From Selaginella moellendorffii (taxonomy: Eukaryota > Plantae > Lycopodiophyta): 64,000 nucleotides of DNA. The notes beneath the pieces were generated by a model that was not told the DNA's origin, did no database searches, and worked only from the letters and a program-made list of their open reading frames with translations. Numbering within the stretch: position 1 is the first letter of the stretch; each line of letters opens with the position of its first letter. Positions 60,501-64,000 of this stretch are shown here, one piece after another. Location of the stretch: contig NW_003314264.1 in NCBI RefSeq assembly GCF_000143415.4, forward strand, positions 1,614,480 through 1,678,479, in the 5' to 3' direction. The position numbers and the translations under genes are program-made.

Positions 60501-62791
60501 AAAGCACAATAGAGCTGCCACAGGTATGTAATCATGATATGTTGCCTTGTTCCATATCCCTGCAAGTAATTCCAATCGGAGTTCATTAACCAGGATTGAG
60601 TCACCCTTACCTAGTTGAGAGAGAACGGGCTTTAAGATTTTACTATGAGCAGTGATGAGTGCTGAAATCGATTGGAGTTGCAAGATGTAAAGAATAGAAA
60701 TATGCAATTCGCAATAAAGCATGAGATATTGGCGAGTTTTTCTCGCCACGGACGAGCTAAGAAGATAAACCATGAAGAATATCACTGCACATAAGAATGT
60801 TTAGGAAAAGCCTAGAAAGAAACGTGTGTACTTACTATACACCGCATGAACAAATCCACTTCTAAGAGCGACTATAAATATAAGAACAAGTGATATCACA
60901 TGGGTGCTTCTTCGTAGGCACCATGCTATCACCGCAATAAACAGAATCCATTTCTTTCTTAGCTCTGAAAGAAAGAAGTGAAGTTAGATAGGAATGTCCA
61001 CGATAACAGAATGCATACCATCCTCTCGAAAGGTGTCATCTTCAGCGATTCCTTCTACTTCATTGGCACTCTTTAAAATGCTATTTCCCACAAATAAGTC
61101 AGTCGCAACAAGAACACCGAGAGCATATTGGGCCAGAAGGAAAAGTCCAGGTGATGAGTACTTCCAAAGGCCAACTGTCTGCCAAATATCGACGTCCTGC
61201 AAATTCACTAGATATAAAGCCTGTCACTAAAGAGTTGCTAACATACCATCTCAAACCTGGTGGCAAAAACTGTGAAGCCCGCATTGAAAATATATGTACA
61301 TGATGCCCAAGTGAGTATAAAACCAAGTAGCAATCCATTTAGGCGACGTAAAAGGAACAAAGATGGAAATATGTACAATATAATTCCAACATACAGTAGT
61401 AGGAAAAACGCGCAGAAACTTGCGAACTTAAAACTCCAGCAAACAAGAGCGAAAAGGCAAATCTAAACATCAACAGCCACCCGTTAGCTTTGATCACCAA
61501 AAACCCAAAACAACCTACAGGAAAGCCACATGCGAAAAAATACATAGCGACTTTTTTGAAAACAAGAAAACGTTGTTGCTCCGATATCCACCATTGTCTT
61601 GATCTACAACCAAAAGCGATAAATCAGAACCACTAAAACGTGTGTAGTACCTGGCGCTTCTTGGGGAGTTTAAAAGGCCTTGATACAGATTATCCTCGTT
61701 TGCAATCAAAGCCTGCTTTACGTGGTATAAGTCCTTCAAATCTCCAATTGCGAAGCATAGCTACATATACAGTCACATAAATGAAGTGAGTTTCAAAATG
61801 CTTACCAATACAAAGAGTGTTAAAATAGAGATCAGGTGTACTCCTTTTGCCCAATTCATTTCCGCTGATGAGGTTTCAAAGAGTCCGAGATAGTCTACTA
61901 TGTGTAGAAGCCGCGTCGGAAACGAAATTGGTAATTGGCGAACATAGAAAATGATAATGTGCATGGTGTTGTAAACTAGTAAAGGTTGCCATCCCCTAAA
62001 TCGACACAAGCATTTTAGAAAATTCTAACAAGGAAAAAGATGGAGTTTCTACCAAGAGAGCCCGAAGAAGTTGCCGGTCATGGACCAATGAAAAAGCCCA
62101 GTGCAACTACAGACGAAGTAAGGGAAAGCTGCCCAGCATGGGAAAATAGATCCCGCGACTATCTGCAGCGTTGGAAGAACGAAATTCCGTAAGAAAGCTC
62201 TAACTTCAAATGCGTCAAATTCTACACGCGGAAGATTCACAGACATAAGAACAAAAATATAGATGAATGTAACAAGTTCACCTCGAGGTCCAAATTCGAT
62301 CCGTCTTCGCCAGCGTAGCCCATACAAAGAAACTACTCCAACGAGCATTTTCGGTAGGAAAAATAAAAGAATGCCATCGGAATGCTCGAGCCTGTAACAT
62401 GCACAAGCATGAAAATACCGATCTTCATGCAGCAAAGACATCGAAATACCTTGAAACACCAAAAACTTTTGAGATGGACGACTTCCAGAACCGCCAGTCC
62501 CTTCCGACTGTAGCCTGTAGCAATGCAACAGTAACCCCGCAAATTGTTCCAAGCAGAGAAACTCCCAGCGACATCCACAAGGATTGCCATGGTTTTCCAG
62601 ATTGGACTACACAAAACCATATAAAAGAGCAAGATCATAATGAATCGGAGTTTTATCTTACCTTGTCCTTTAAGTTCGTATTGGAACACGAGAAAACTGA
62701 CCAGGAACAAGAGGGAAATCACGCTCCAATTCGTGAATGCAGCTGACAGAAGAACTATCGAGAGGCTGAGAGCAATCACAAAAACGCGCAT
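54577..62791 (-). CDS. PIEZO: PIEZO-type mechanosensitive ion channel, multi-exon; start codon approximate
   Basis: N-terminus LLSAAFTNWSVISL and many TM segments; PFLFELRCVLDWSCTTTSLSMYDWLKLEDIY, IWSLYITFVLAVGRFIR and C-terminus LIAICEDIYAAR..LVKIYRSPH.LLEYT. Confidence 0.95.
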
Positions 62792-63088
62792 CGTCCTGGC
62801 CACACGAGAAATCACGCATTATCCCTGTAGATCGATCCAGCTCCCAGAATGCGCTGGCCTGGAGATTACCCGGCGCGATCCAGGAGAAGATTCTGGCGCT
62901 CAATCCAGAAGAGGCGCGGTGGATCCGATTCACGGCATGGCTACACGCAACTCGTTGCTGGCATAAACCCTAGAAGAGCTGTTATTGGAGAGTACTCTGC
63001 CACATTCCTCCCTCCCTTTCTCTCTCTTCACACGCTAAAGCAACGCACAGCGTCGGTGCGACACGTGGCGCAACCTGGCCACGGCGAT

Positions 63089-64000
63089 TTAGCTTAATCC
63101 AATGGCGTGGGAGATGACTGAGAGGATGGCCCCAAACACAGCACCGGCGAGAACTTGGGATTTTGTGTGACCGGTCGATTCTTTGAGTGGAATGTACTGC
63201 CATCCATCCTCGCTCCCGAGTTCTTGGATCGACACTTCGCCCTCTTTCATGCTGGGAAGATTTTGCGCTGTCTTGAAGAACTTCGTTGATCTGGAGAAAG
63301 GCCCATTGTTGCTGGAATCCACTTCTCTCTCGAAAGCGTTTGATGATTTCGTAGCTCCGACCGGTGCCTCGACGAGCAATTCCGGCCTCGATGATCGGGG
63401 TGCTGGTTCTTTCGAAACTTTGTACTGCGCGAAGGCTATTGTGTTGAGAATCTCGGCGTGTTTGCCGACTTCTCTCCGGACCCCCTGAGATTCCAATGCT
63501 AGAAAAAAAAAAACAAAGACAACAAAGATTTTTTAGAGCACGAACCTGTGCGTCGTACATGACAATCCCAGCGACTACCATCGCGAAGCCGAACAGCGAG
63601 TCCGAAAATCCCCTGGAACCAAAACCCCGGCTTAAGACAACCATTGGCATCGCGAAGAACTCACCAGTTGAGAATAGATTTACCTCTCCAAGCCAAGAGC
63701 AGTCGCGGCGGCAACCATGCTCTATGCAATAGAACAAACGTCACAAACTGGCAAGAAAAAGAAAGAGATGAAAAATCGCACAGCGGCATGAGCGGAGGGT
63801 GTTCCACCGGATCTGAGCATGAGCTTCCAATTGAACCCTTTCCCGGCTACAGCTGCAGTCAATGGCTTCACGAGCTGAGCGGACAATCCAGCGAGAGCTG
63901 CGCTCGCCAAAACCTGGCAAAATCTCAAGGAATCAGGAAAATTTCATCCTAGGATTGTCCAGCTTACATGATTTTGAGGTATTTCTTCCAGCAGGCCGGC
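63089..64000 (-). CDS. DUF212 / divergent PAP2 (acid phosphatase/vanadium haloperoxidase-related) protein, 5' end outside the window
   Basis: SGGTPSAHAA, GFSDSLFG..IVMYDAQGVRREVGKHAEILN and PLKESTGHTKSQVLAGA motifs. Confidence 0.88.

Noticed and set aside
49838-63952. Many plus-strand ORFs over the five-gene cluster
   Set aside because: They are antisense shadows of minus-strand exons with no domain signatures.

Overview
This is land-plant nuclear DNA. The ~50-nt introns, very tight gene spacing and style of PLS-class PPR relics suggest a lycophyte such as Selaginella (inference). The left 48.6 kb is a tandem array of a ~6-6.6 kb unit, with four starts of a His-rich single-TM gene at 50, 23040, 41703 and 48298 (all minus strand). 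Each unit carries a tRNA-Ala(AGC) gene or remnant, an AT-rich spacer, a PPR relic and the His-rich gene. Two units are expanded by LTR retrotransposons. One family is a ~5-kb Ty3/gypsy with 174-bp LTRs, 4-bp TSDs and a tRNA-Ala PBS. Its intact copy (8662-13669) joins gag and pol by a G-GGA-AAC slippery site plus an H-type pseudoknot, and three decayed copies are also present. A second, tRNA-Met-primed lineage is nested inside the first: a truncated coding copy and a non-coding LARD-like copy whose 1.85-kb LTRs contain minisatellites. The right 15 kb holds five head-to-tail minus-strand genes separated by only 111-297 bp: DUF212 (partial), PIEZO, POT1, DUF3754 and an organellar small HSP with a proximal HSE. 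There is one 100-N assembly gap. All alignments and folds were done by eye.
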